Made by a program: the position numbers and the translations under genes. This document shows positions 27,444 through 36,308 of a stretch of DNA of 44,022 bases, piece after piece (within the stretch, counting starts at the first letter, position 1; each line of letters begins with the position of its first letter). Source of the stretch: Candidatus Micrarchaeota archaeon (lineage in GTDB: Archaea > Micrarchaeota > Micrarchaeia > Anstonellales > Anstonellaceae); assembly GCA_043810635.1 (NCBI GenBank), contig JBDRNY010000068.1, forward strand, positions 1-44,022, written 5' to 3'. The notes beneath the pieces were generated by a model. The model worked only from the letters and a program-made list of their open reading frames with translations. It was not told the DNA's origin and did not search any database.

Positions 27444-28504
27444 AATTGTCTGATTTTTCCGAATTTTTTAATGGCAAGAAAGTTTTGGTTACCGGGCATA
27501 CCGGGTTTAAGGGAAGCTGGCTTTGCATGATGCTGGATATTTTCGGGGCAAAAATTTTCGGCTATGCCCTGGAGCCGAATACTGAGCCTGATTTGTATTC
27601 TGCTTTGAAATTAAGGAAAAAGCTAAGCAAGGAAAAAATTGCAGATATTGGGAATTATGGAGAAGTAAGGAAATTTTTTGAAGAAACTAAGCCCGAAATT
27701 GTAATTCATCTCGCTGCGCAGCCGCTTGTAAGGGACAGCTATGACGACCCTCTCTATACTTATGAAACAAATGTAATCGGCACTGCCAATGTTTTGCAGG
27801 CTGTAAAAGAAGTCGGCGGTGTTGAGGCGGCAGTTATTATTACAACCGACAAAGTTTATGAGGATAAGGAAAAGGACGGGGGCTATAAAGAAAATGACGA
27901 GCTTGGAGGGCATGAGCCATACAGCGCATCAAAAGTGTGCGCAGAATTTGTAACCAAATCATATATTCGCTCATTTTTTAATTTAGAAAAAAACCCAAAT
28001 GCTCCAAGAGTGGCAACCGCAAGGGCGGGAAATGTAATCGGGGGCGGAGACTGGTCAAAAGACAGGCTTGTGCCAGATATTATAAAAGCAAAGCAAAAAG
28101 GCAAGAAGCTGAGGTTGAGAAATCCTGATGCCATACGCCCCTGGCAGCATGTTTTAGAGCCAAATTTTGGATATTTGCTGCTTGCAAAAGCATTGTATGA
28201 GAAAAAGAAAAATATTTCTGCAACCTATAATTTTGCTTCTGAAGAAAAGAATTTTGTTACTGTAAAAGAAATTGCACAAAAATCAGGGGCAGAATTTGAA
28301 ATCCTGCCTGATGAAAAAAAACACGAGGCTAAGATGCTGAAATTAGATGCAAGCAAAGCAAAAGAGGAGCTTGGCTGGGCGCCTAAAATTGGAATCGAAA
28401 AAGCGCTTGAGATGACTTTTGAATGGTATGATAAGTATTATTCAAAAAATGCAGATATGGCTGAATTTACCCAGGGGCAGATTAATAATTATTTTGAAAA
28501 GTAA
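27431..28504 (+). CDS. rfbG: CDP-glucose 4,6-dehydratase
   Basis: TGHTGFKGSWL, HLAAQPLVRDSY, TTDKVY, PYSASK, RAGNVIGGGDW, RPWQHVLEP. Confidence 0.96.
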   Translation: MEGVELSDFSEFFNGKKVLVTGHTGFKGSWLCMMLDIFGAKIFGYALEPNTEPDLYSALKLRKKLSKEKIADIGNYGEVRKFFEETKPEIVIHLAAQPLVRDSYDDPLYTYETNVIGTANVLQAVKEVGGVEAAVIITTDKVYEDKEKDGGYKENDELGGHEPYSASKVCAEFVTKSYIRSFFNLEKNPNAPRVATARAGNVIGGGDWSKDRLVPDIIKAKQKGKKLRLRNPDAIRPWQHVLEPNFGYLLLAKALYEKKKNISATYNFASEEKNFVTVKEIAQKSGAEFEILPDEKKHEAKMLKLDASKAKEELGWAPKIGIEKALEMTFEWYDKYYSKNADMAEFTQGQINNYFEK

Positions 28505-29676
28505 GAAGAAATTGTGTTAATTACATAGTTCAATTCTTTTTCTCTTAAATGCTGGTGTATTCCAATATAAAATGCTTTTTTGTTCAAATTTGCAGCAACA
28601 GGGTATTTTGATTCTATTTTTCCAAACATTTTCTCATACACCGGCTGGTTTATGAGGGGAAGCAATTGCCTTGTTTCAATCCCCCTTTCTTCCAAATACA
28701 ATGTCAATTTATCCCTGTCCACCTCTCCTTTGCAAACAATGGGGTAAAACATAAACACATGCTCCCTGTCCGGAGGGGTTGTTGGCAATTGCAAATATTT
28801 ATCCAATTTTTCCAATCCATTAGTAAGCATTTTCGCATTTTCCTTTCTTTTTTTCAAAATTTCCTCTCTTCTCTCAAATTGCGCATGGGCCAGCGCCCCT
28901 TCAAATTCAGTAACCCTGAAAGAATAGCCCAATCTCACAAATTTGAACCTTCTTCCCATAACTGTTTGCAATTCCTCTTTTTTCAAATTATCATCATCAT
29001 CTATTGACAAATAAATAGAATCCCTTCCATGGTTGCACAAGCTTCTCATCATTACAGCCAATTCCTCGTCATTTGTAATATTAACTCCCCCGACACCGCT
29101 CACCAAAATATGCGCAACATAGGTGGAAAAGCATCCCACATCCCCAAAACAGCCGACCGGCTTTCCTTTGTATTTTGCAAACATTGTTTCGCAAGAATCT
29201 TCAATCACTTTCAAATTATTTTTTATTGCAAATTCCAGTATTGCATCCATATCACAGGGCAAGCCCGCAATATGCACCGGTATTATTGCCCTTGTTTTTT
29301 CAGTAAAATGCTTTTCCAACTCCTTTGGATTCATGTTGTATGTTTCTGGCTCCACATCCACAAAAACAGGCTTCAAATTATTCATTATCACAACATTTGA
29401 AGTGGCAATAAAAGTAATCGCAGGCACCAGTACTTCATCCCCGTCTTTCCATCCATATTTTTCTTTTAATGCGGCAATCGCAACCCTTAATGCAGATGTG
29501 CCGCTGTTGCTCATAATTCCGTATCTGCACCCGTGCGCCTCTGCAAACTCTTTTTCAAATTTTTTGGTAAAAGGGCCGTATGAAATTCTTTTTGTTTCCA
29601 GTACTTTATTCACATACTCTCTTTCCTTTTCCCCCAAATCCGCAAATCCAACCGGCACTTGAACTTTTTCTTCCAT
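28489..29676 (-). CDS. DegT-family PLP enzyme, ColD-like GDP-4-keto-6-deoxymannose 3-dehydratase candidate
   Basis: NSGTSAL, IEDSCE, FSTYVAHILVSGVGG with His where aminotransferases have the Schiff-base Lys; no Fe-S Cys motif; downstream of gmd and fcl. Confidence 0.8.
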   Translation of the reverse strand: MEEKVQVPVGFADLGEKEREYVNKVLETKRISYGPFTKKFEKEFAEAHGCRYGIMSNSGTSALRVAIAALKEKYGWKDGDEVLVPAITFIATSNVVIMNNLKPVFVDVEPETYNMNPKELEKHFTEKTRAIIPVHIAGLPCDMDAILEFAIKNNLKVIEDSCETMFAKYKGKPVGCFGDVGCFSTYVAHILVSGVGGVNITNDEELAVMMRSLCNHGRDSIYLSIDDDDNLKKEELQTVMGRRFKFVRLGYSFRVTEFEGALAHAQFERREEILKKRKENAKMLTNGLEKLDKYLQLPTTPPDREHVFMFYPIVCKGEVDRDKLTLYLEERGIETRQLLPLINQPVYEKMFGKIESKYPVAANLNKKAFYIGIHQHLREKELNYVINTISSYFSK

Positions 29677-29736
29677 AAAAATTACCTTTTTCCAATACCT
29701 CAATATCCAATCCCGCCGCTTACTCGCAACGCCTGC

Positions 29737-30687
29737 CTATTTCCCCACAACCTCCCCTTTATTTTCCATATACCATTCAATAGTTTTTTTCAACCCTTCA
29801 TTAAATTTCACTTTTGCCTCAAAACCAAATAATTTTTTTGCCTTGGAAGAATCAAATAATCTCCTCGGCTGCCCGTTTGGCTTGCTCGTATCCCATTTAA
29901 TCTCTCCCTCATAACCAATTTCTTTTGAGACAATTTCAGCCAATTTTTTAATTGAAATTTCCTCTCCGCTTCCAATATTTACCGCTTCCCCGCTTTCCAA
30001 TTTTTCTGCAGCCATCACAATTGCCCTTGCAGCATCATCAACATATAAAAATTCCCTTGTAGGGCTTCCATCCCCCCACAACACAACCTCTCCCTTCCCC
30101 TCTTCTTTTGCCTTGTCAAATTTATACACCATTGCCCCGATTACATGCGAATCCTTGTCATTAAAATGATCTCCAGGCCCGTACAAATTTACTTGCAATA
30201 AATACACACCATCAAATCCATACTGCTCCCTATATGCCTGCAATTGCACCAGCATCATCTTTTTTGCCATTCCGTAAGGGGCATTAGTTTCTTCAGGATA
30301 CCCATCCCAAAGCATTTCCTCTTTTGTCGGAGTTTTTACAATTTTCGGGTATGCACAAACCGAGCCGATTCCAACAAATTTTTTCACTTTTGCCAAATAA
30401 GAATAATGCACTATCAAATTATTCATCATCGCATTTTCATAATAAACGCTTCCGGGATTTTTCCTGTTATATTCAATCCCGCCCACTCTTGCAGCCGCAT
30501 GTATAACAACATCTGGCTTATATTTTTCAAAAAGCTTTTTCACATCCCCCTCTTTTACCAAATTATACTCCTTCCTCTTCGGAGCAATTATCTCTTTCGC
30601 CCCCTTGTTCTCCAGCATTTTAATTAAGGGTTTTCCCAAAAATCCGTGCCCGCCTGTTACCAATATTGTTTTATCTTTCAAATCCAT
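29737..30687 (-). CDS. fcl: GDP-L-fucose synthase family (Fcl/ColC-like)
   Basis: GGHGFLG, AARVGGI, GSVCAYPK, YGMAK, NLYGPGD, WGDGSPTREFLYVDD, KPNGQPRR. Confidence 0.93.
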   Translation of the reverse strand: MDLKDKTILVTGGHGFLGKPLIKMLENKGAKEIIAPKRKEYNLVKEGDVKKLFEKYKPDVVIHAAARVGGIEYNRKNPGSVYYENAMMNNLIVHYSYLAKVKKFVGIGSVCAYPKIVKTPTKEEMLWDGYPEETNAPYGMAKKMMLVQLQAYREQYGFDGVYLLQVNLYGPGDHFNDKDSHVIGAMVYKFDKAKEEGKGEVVLWGDGSPTREFLYVDDAARAIVMAAEKLESGEAVNIGSGEEISIKKLAEIVSKEIGYEGEIKWDTSKPNGQPRRLFDSSKAKKLFGFEAKVKFNEGLKKTIEWYMENKGEVVGK

Positions 30688-30813
30688 TTCCACCACAAAC
30701 ACAAAAATTTATTCCAAGCCCGCATCGCACCCGATTCAAAATCTTTCAAATCTGTTCCAACCACAAACACAGCAAATCTATACTGCAAATCCGCACTCGC
30801 CGCATCATTATGC

Positions 30814-31803
30814 TTAATCCAGTCCTTCCAATCCTTCGGCTTTCATATCAGCATCAAGCATTATTTTTGCCAATTCCTTGAATTTCACTTTTGACTCCCA
30901 TCCAAGCACTTTTTTTGCCTTCCCCGCATCCCCGATTAAATTTTCCACTTCAGCAGGGCGATAATACTTTTTGTCAATTTTCACATATTTCTCCCAATCC
31001 ATTCCCGCAAGCCCAAAGCATTCTTGCACAAACTCTTTTACTGAATGATTTTCCCCTGTTGCAAGTACAAACTCTTCCGCCTTTTTATGCTGCATTATTC
31101 TATACATTCCTTCAACATATTCGGGCGCATAGCCCCAGTCTCGTTTTGCATCCAAATTTCCCAAATACAAACATTTGTCTTTTCCCGCCTTTATTCTTGC
31201 AACCCCCCGAGTTATTTTTCGGGTAACAAATGTCTCACCCCTCCTCGGGGATTCGTGGTTGAATAATATTCCGTTTGATGCAAATATATCATATGCTTCG
31301 CGATAATTTACAGTAAGGTAAAATGCATATGCTTTTGCGCATGCATAAGGCGAGCGGGGGTGGAACTGAGTTTCCTCATTTTGCGGCGCGGGCGCAGAGC
31401 CGTATAATTCAGAAGAAGATGCCTGGTAAAATTTCACTTTCTTTTTCATCCTCCTAACAGCTTCCAATATTCTGACAGTGCCCAACCCCGTAACATTTCC
31501 AGTATATTCTGGTATATCAAACGAAACCCGCACATGAGATTGCGCGCCCAGATGATATACTTCATCTGGCTGGCTCTGCTCCATTACTTTCCATACAGAA
31601 GAGCTGTCATCCAAATCAGCATAATGCAAAAACAATCTTGCCCCTTTTTCATGCGGATCCTGGAATATATGGTCTATTCTTGAGGTGTTAAATGTAGAAG
31701 CCCTTCTTATGATGCCATGCACTTCATACCCTTTTCCCAGCAACAGCTCTGCAAGATATGAGCCGTCCTGGCCTGTTATTCCTGTAATTAAAGCCTTTTT
31801 CAT
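30814..31803 (-). CDS. gmd: GDP-mannose 4,6-dehydratase
   Basis: [58 protein letters not shown]. Confidence 0.97.
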   Translation of the reverse strand: MKKALITGITGQDGSYLAELLLGKGYEVHGIIRRASTFNTSRIDHIFQDPHEKGARLFLHYADLDDSSSVWKVMEQSQPDEVYHLGAQSHVRVSFDIPEYTGNVTGLGTVRILEAVRRMKKKVKFYQASSSELYGSAPAPQNEETQFHPRSPYACAKAYAFYLTVNYREAYDIFASNGILFNHESPRRGETFVTRKITRGVARIKAGKDKCLYLGNLDAKRDWGYAPEYVEGMYRIMQHKKAEEFVLATGENHSVKEFVQECFGLAGMDWEKYVKIDKKYYRPAEVENLIGDAGKAKKVLGWESKVKFKELAKIMLDADMKAEGLEGLD

Positions 31804-31840
31804 AGCTCTAAATTAGGCTATTTACAAATTAAAAGGGTTT

Positions 31841-32947
31841 TTACCTGCTTTTCCCAACCTTCTCCTCGATTTCCCTGAATATCTCTTTAAACCTCTTCTG
31901 ATAGGTATGCTCTTTCAAACATCTCTTCTTCCCCGCATCTGCAATCCTCTTCCTTTCCCCCTCATTTTCAATATAATATTCTGCTTTTTTTGCCAAATCT
32001 TCCAAATCCTTATACATAACAATCTCTTTCCCTTCTTCAAAATAATCCCCCAATTCCTCAACATGCCCAGCCAGCTGAAACCCCCCGCATGCCGCAACTT
32101 CAAAAAACCTTGATTTCATCTGCCTTGGGGCAAAAAGAATTGAAGAATCTGCAGGGCTTATCATAATTTTTGCATTTGCAAAAACATCTACCATTTGCTG
32201 GTGTTCCACTCTTCCCCCTTCCCATCCAGAGCCAAACGCTTTCACATCCAGCCCTCTCCCCCTCAATAATTCAACAATCTTCCCCCTTCCTCCGTATTTC
32301 TGGCCTACAAACCCAATATCAACATCTTTTCCAAACTCCCCCTTCACCCCAAACCTCGGCTCATAAACTCCCCATTGCGTATGTATTACATTCCCATACC
32401 CCAGCTCCTGGTATTTCCCCACCGCTTCCTTGTCTGTTGTGGTGCAAAAATTAAACGCCCCTGCCCAATAATTTGTAAATGATGCAAACCTCCACTGGTC
32501 ATCTGCAAACCAATTCATTGTAATTGCAGGGCTTTCCTCGCTTATTTTTCTAATAACATTTCTGTCAAAATCATCCACCATCAGGGAAAATATCATCAAA
32601 TCATATTCCCCTTCCTTTGCAACCTTTTCCAAATATTTATGCATCTCCCCCTTTCCATTCTTCCTTTTATATTTCCTAAAATCAAAAACATCGCATTTTA
32701 CAATATCTTTTATTGCGGGATAAATGTTAGCATATTCATAAGAATCTCCCCATTCCTCTCTCCCGTATTCATGCCTGTTTAAGCAAAACAGCACTTTCTT
32801 TATTTTCTCCGGCTTTTCCACCCTCACTTTCGGAGGATTTATTTTCGCAACTCCCGCCCCCTTCCTCAGATTAAACAATGCATCATAACCCAAATACCTT
32901 GCCCCTTTTGCATAATGCTTCACACTTCTAACAATTTCCATCATCAA
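31841..32947 (-). CDS. CgeB-like glycosyltransferase (Glyco_trans_1_2)
   Basis: NWFADDQWRF, DIGFVG, MKSRFFEVAACGGFQL, EHTYQKR. Confidence 0.85.
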   Translation of the reverse strand: MMMEIVRSVKHYAKGARYLGYDALFNLRKGAGVAKINPPKVRVEKPEKIKKVLFCLNRHEYGREEWGDSYEYANIYPAIKDIVKCDVFDFRKYKRKNGKGEMHKYLEKVAKEGEYDLMIFSLMVDDFDRNVIRKISEESPAITMNWFADDQWRFASFTNYWAGAFNFCTTTDKEAVGKYQELGYGNVIHTQWGVYEPRFGVKGEFGKDVDIGFVGQKYGGRGKIVELLRGRGLDVKAFGSGWEGGRVEHQQMVDVFANAKIMISPADSSILFAPRQMKSRFFEVAACGGFQLAGHVEELGDYFEEGKEIVMYKDLEDLAKKAEYYIENEGERKRIADAGKKRCLKEHTYQKRFKEIFREIEEKVGKSR

Positions 32948-34008
32948 ATTTCCACCATTTTTTTGAAATTTTCAATAAACCAATCAATCTTAAACTGCCT
33001 GCTTTTCTTCCCATTCAAATATTCCTCAATCTCATCCAAATATTTTTCAAATTCCCCCTCTCGAATCCCGCTTATTTCATCATACATTTCCTTAATTCCA
33101 TTAAATTTCCTCATATCAATAAAACATTTTTTCGGAACATATTTTTCAATATTGCTTGCACCCAAATAAACCGGCACACACCCTGCAAAAAACGCATCAA
33201 ATATTTTTTCAGTAACATAGCCCTTCACATTTTGCTGGTTTTCAAAGCAAACACAGAATTTATACCCACTCATCACTTCCTTCTTATTCCTCACTCCCCC
33301 CCTGTAAGAAGAATACATTAAATTTTTCCACATTTTCAAATTCAATTTATGCATCAACTTTCCAATATTATTCACTCCAATATTTTCCAATAAATTTGAA
33401 TGAATTACAGGCAAATCCCACCTCTGCCCATACAAATCAAAATCTTTTGGATGCTCTCTTTCCATCCATTTCACAGCTTCCCTTCTTTTTGTATACAATT
33501 GCTGGGGGTGCGAAGAATATTTGTTTGCAGTTATCATGCAAAGCAATTTTCTTTTTCCAAATTCCCTTTTTTCAATTTTAATCCTTTCCCCCTCTTTATA
33601 CGGAATTGTAAAATTCCCCTTCAAATATTTCTTCCCGTCAACAAATCCATCATTCCAAGTCATAATCTTCCTAAACCCTTCATGCCTCCCCTTTTCATAA
33701 TTATCCTTTCTTGTTGCAGGCGGCTCATACAAAATTGCATACAAATTATTTTTTCCCGCCTTCTTTGCCCTCTCAAAATAGTCCTTCTCCTCCGGCTTTT
33801 TTGGCATATCAAAAAACACAAATGCCTTCGCTTCTTCAAAATTTTCAGCCAAATCCGCAGTTTTTATTTCAACTCCTTTCTTTTCCAGCTCTTTTTTCAA
33901 TTCATATGCAGGCCTGAGCGTATCATCCCTGTTAAGAAATTTATTTTTCAAATTAAACATTTCATTGTTGGCATACTCCCCTCCCCTGCAAAACAAAATT
34001 TCCTTCAT
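32944..34008 (-). CDS. GT10-like (fucosyltransferase-family) glycosyltransferase
   Basis: YEPP, FDLYG, YKFCVCFEN...GYVTEKIFDAFFAGCVPVYLGA alpha-1,3-FucT motif. Confidence 0.88.
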   Translation of the reverse strand: MKEILFCRGGEYANNEMFNLKNKFLNRDDTLRPAYELKKELEKKGVEIKTADLAENFEEAKAFVFFDMPKKPEEKDYFERAKKAGKNNLYAILYEPPATRKDNYEKGRHEGFRKIMTWNDGFVDGKKYLKGNFTIPYKEGERIKIEKREFGKRKLLCMITANKYSSHPQQLYTKRREAVKWMEREHPKDFDLYGQRWDLPVIHSNLLENIGVNNIGKLMHKLNLKMWKNLMYSSYRGGVRNKKEVMSGYKFCVCFENQQNVKGYVTEKIFDAFFAGCVPVYLGASNIEKYVPKKCFIDMRKFNGIKEMYDEISGIREGEFEKYLDEIEEYLNGKKSRQFKIDWFIENFKKMVEI

Positions 34009-34031
34009 TTTCTACATCTCCGCATTCTTGC

Positions 34032-35030
34032 CTACACTATCTCCTCCAATTTCTTTATTATAAATTCTGCCCCATCAAATTCAGCCCCCTTCCAATCCCA
34101 TTTCCCTCTTTCCTCCCATTTTTCAAGAAACTCTTCCATCTTTTCAAGGGGTATATTCCAGCCCCACCCATTCCTCACCATTCCTTCTGCAATATCTTTG
34201 CTTTCCACAAACCCCTCTCTTTCACATACTAATGAGGGCACTCCTGCCTGCACAGCTTCGCTGCATGCCCCATATGCTGCTTTTGCAAGCACAACATCTG
34301 CCCCTTTAATATAATTCTGCCCGTCAATTTCTTTTTCCGGAACAGGCAACGCTTTTTCCCACCCTTTTGGCAATTTTGGCAAACCAAATTTTCCAACCGA
34401 TTTTCCGAATGCAAATTTCGCAATTTTATTTTTACCACTCTTCACCATCCCTCCATCTGTCATCTCTCTCACCAAAAAAGGGGTATTTATTTTATTTGGC
34501 AATTCTTCACACTTCCCGCTTAAAGGCAAAATAAAAGAAGCATCAGCCAATTCATACCCCCTGTCCAGAAAATTATGCAATTCTTCCCATTTCTTCCACA
34601 AATCTTTGCAAATAACCTTCCATGTAAAATTTGAAACAGCAAAACATTTCACGCCGGCTTTTTCAGCCGCATAAATTCCTTCCACCCCAATATCACTCAA
34701 CACAACATCTGCATTTATTTTTTTCAAAAATTCAGCTTCTTCCCTAATTTTCTTTTCCGCACCCCCCAACCATTTGTTTACACTCGTTTTGCTTTCTTCT
34801 TTATTCACCCCAATACCCTCAGCCGCAAATCCTATTCCCTCTTTACATTCCATTACAATTACATTTTTCCTTCCCTGCGCCAGCTTTTTGCAAACATCAG
34901 CAACACTCTTTCCAACCCTCCAATAAACCCCCCCCTCCTTGTTTTCATCTGCCCATTTTCTGACAAGTGCCGCATCCCTTGTAACATGCCCCCAGCCAAA
35001 CCCGTCCGAATAAAATATTAAATTTTTCAT
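34032..35030 (-). CDS. GT-B fold glycosyltransferase-like protein (arabinokinase N-terminal domain-like)
   Basis: FYSDGFGWGHVTR, VLSDI, SNFTW, KAAYGACSEA, REGFVE. Confidence 0.75.
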   Translation of the reverse strand: MKNLIFYSDGFGWGHVTRDAALVRKWADENKEGGVYWRVGKSVADVCKKLAQGRKNVIVMECKEGIGFAAEGIGVNKEESKTSVNKWLGGAEKKIREEAEFLKKINADVVLSDIGVEGIYAAEKAGVKCFAVSNFTWKVICKDLWKKWEELHNFLDRGYELADASFILPLSGKCEELPNKINTPFLVREMTDGGMVKSGKNKIAKFAFGKSVGKFGLPKLPKGWEKALPVPEKEIDGQNYIKGADVVLAKAAYGACSEAVQAGVPSLVCEREGFVESKDIAEGMVRNGWGWNIPLEKMEEFLEKWEERGKWDWKGAEFDGAEFIIKKLEEIV

Positions 35031-35079
35031 ATCCTGCCCCACCCTTCAGTATTTATTAACCATTATACATATTTTTACC

Positions 35080-36249
35080 ATGCAAAAGCCCTTAAGAATA
35101 GTTCAGGCAGTGCATGCCTTCCCTCCCGCAATAGGGGGAATAGAAACCCATGCCTTCCAGCTCAGCTCTGCTCTTTCCTCACTCGGGCAAAAACTCATTA
35201 TCCACACCACTCATTTCAAAAATTCAAAATTATCTGATAATGGATTAAAGCAAAAAGGAATAAAAGTAAAAAGGCATTTTTCATTTTCTTTTCCAGGCTT
35301 CTCTTCTGTAAAATTTATCCCCTTCCTCTGCTTCCACCTCCTCTTCGAGCGCGCAAATATCTACCACTCCCACGGCTTCGGCTCTCCAATACCCATCATC
35401 ACTTCCATTATTTCATTTATAAAAAGAAAAAAATTCTTTTGGACAATCCACGGCATGCCTAAATTTTCAGGAATAAAGCAATTATTTGTAATTTTCTATT
35501 CATTTTTCGCCCTCATCCCCTACTTCCTCTCCCGCAAAATAATATGTGTTTCAGAAAATGCAAAAAAATCATTGCCAAAAAAATTCCAAAAAAAGGCAAT
35601 CGTAATTCCAAACGGCATTTCCGCCCAATTCCTTTCCCACTCCCCCTCAAAAACAATTCCCTCCGCCCCCGGCAAATTTGCCGCCCACCCGCCCTCCCGC
35701 GGGGCAGAGAAGGGAAAGTTTGTTATTCTGTATGTGGGGAGGCTTGATTCAAGCAAAGGAATTTGGGTGCTTGCAAACGCATTTTCAGAATTTTACAAAA
35801 AGCATCCAAACACCATTCTCAAATTCGTCGGCCCTGACGAGGGCAACAGGAAAAAACTGCAGCAATTTGCACGCAAGCGTTCTCTCCCGATACAATTTTC
35901 AACCGAACCTCCGGAAAACATGCCTTCCCTCTACTCTTCCTCTTCAGTGTGCGTTCTTCCCAGCTTTTACGAAGGCTTTGGCTTGTCTGTATTTGAATCC
36001 TGGGCATGCTCCACTCCGGCAATTTCCACTCCTGTAGGCGCCATTCCCGAATTCTTTTCTTCAGCATTTAAAAAAGAATACAAAAAATTCCTTTTTTCAG
36101 GCATCAACTCCCTGCTCCACCGCCTGGAATTTATCTATTCTTTAGATTCCCGCATACTTTCCGCCTACACTTCAAAGGCAAAAAAAGCGCTTTCCTCTTA
36201 CCAATGGCCTATTATAGCCAAAAAAACCCTTGAAACCTACCGCTCCTGA
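35080..36249 (+). CDS. Glycosyltransferase family 4
   Basis: FPPAIGGIE, IPNGI, YVGRL...KG, EGFGLSVFE (Ex7E). Confidence 0.92.
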   Translation: MQKPLRIVQAVHAFPPAIGGIETHAFQLSSALSSLGQKLIIHTTHFKNSKLSDNGLKQKGIKVKRHFSFSFPGFSSVKFIPFLCFHLLFERANIYHSHGFGSPIPIITSIISFIKRKKFFWTIHGMPKFSGIKQLFVIFYSFFALIPYFLSRKIICVSENAKKSLPKKFQKKAIVIPNGISAQFLSHSPSKTIPSAPGKFAAHPPSRGAEKGKFVILYVGRLDSSKGIWVLANAFSEFYKKHPNTILKFVGPDEGNRKKLQQFARKRSLPIQFSTEPPENMPSLYSSSSVCVLPSFYEGFGLSVFESWACSTPAISTPVGAIPEFFSSAFKKEYKKFLFSGINSLLHRLEFIYSLDSRILSAYTSKAKKALSSYQWPIIAKKTLETYRS

Positions 36250-36308
36250 CAAGCACAATAAATAAAAAATACAATTCCGAAGTATATATTGCAATTATTT
36301 GTTTTGGT

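Noticed and set aside
30690-30775. Direct repeat ACCACAAACACA between gmd and fcl
   Set aside because: Only two 12-nt low-complexity copies; not CRISPR-like
33400-34314. 304-aa plus-strand ORF and many similar F/S/P/L-rich antisense ORFs
   Set aside because: They overlap well-supported minus-strand genes and have shadow-ORF composition
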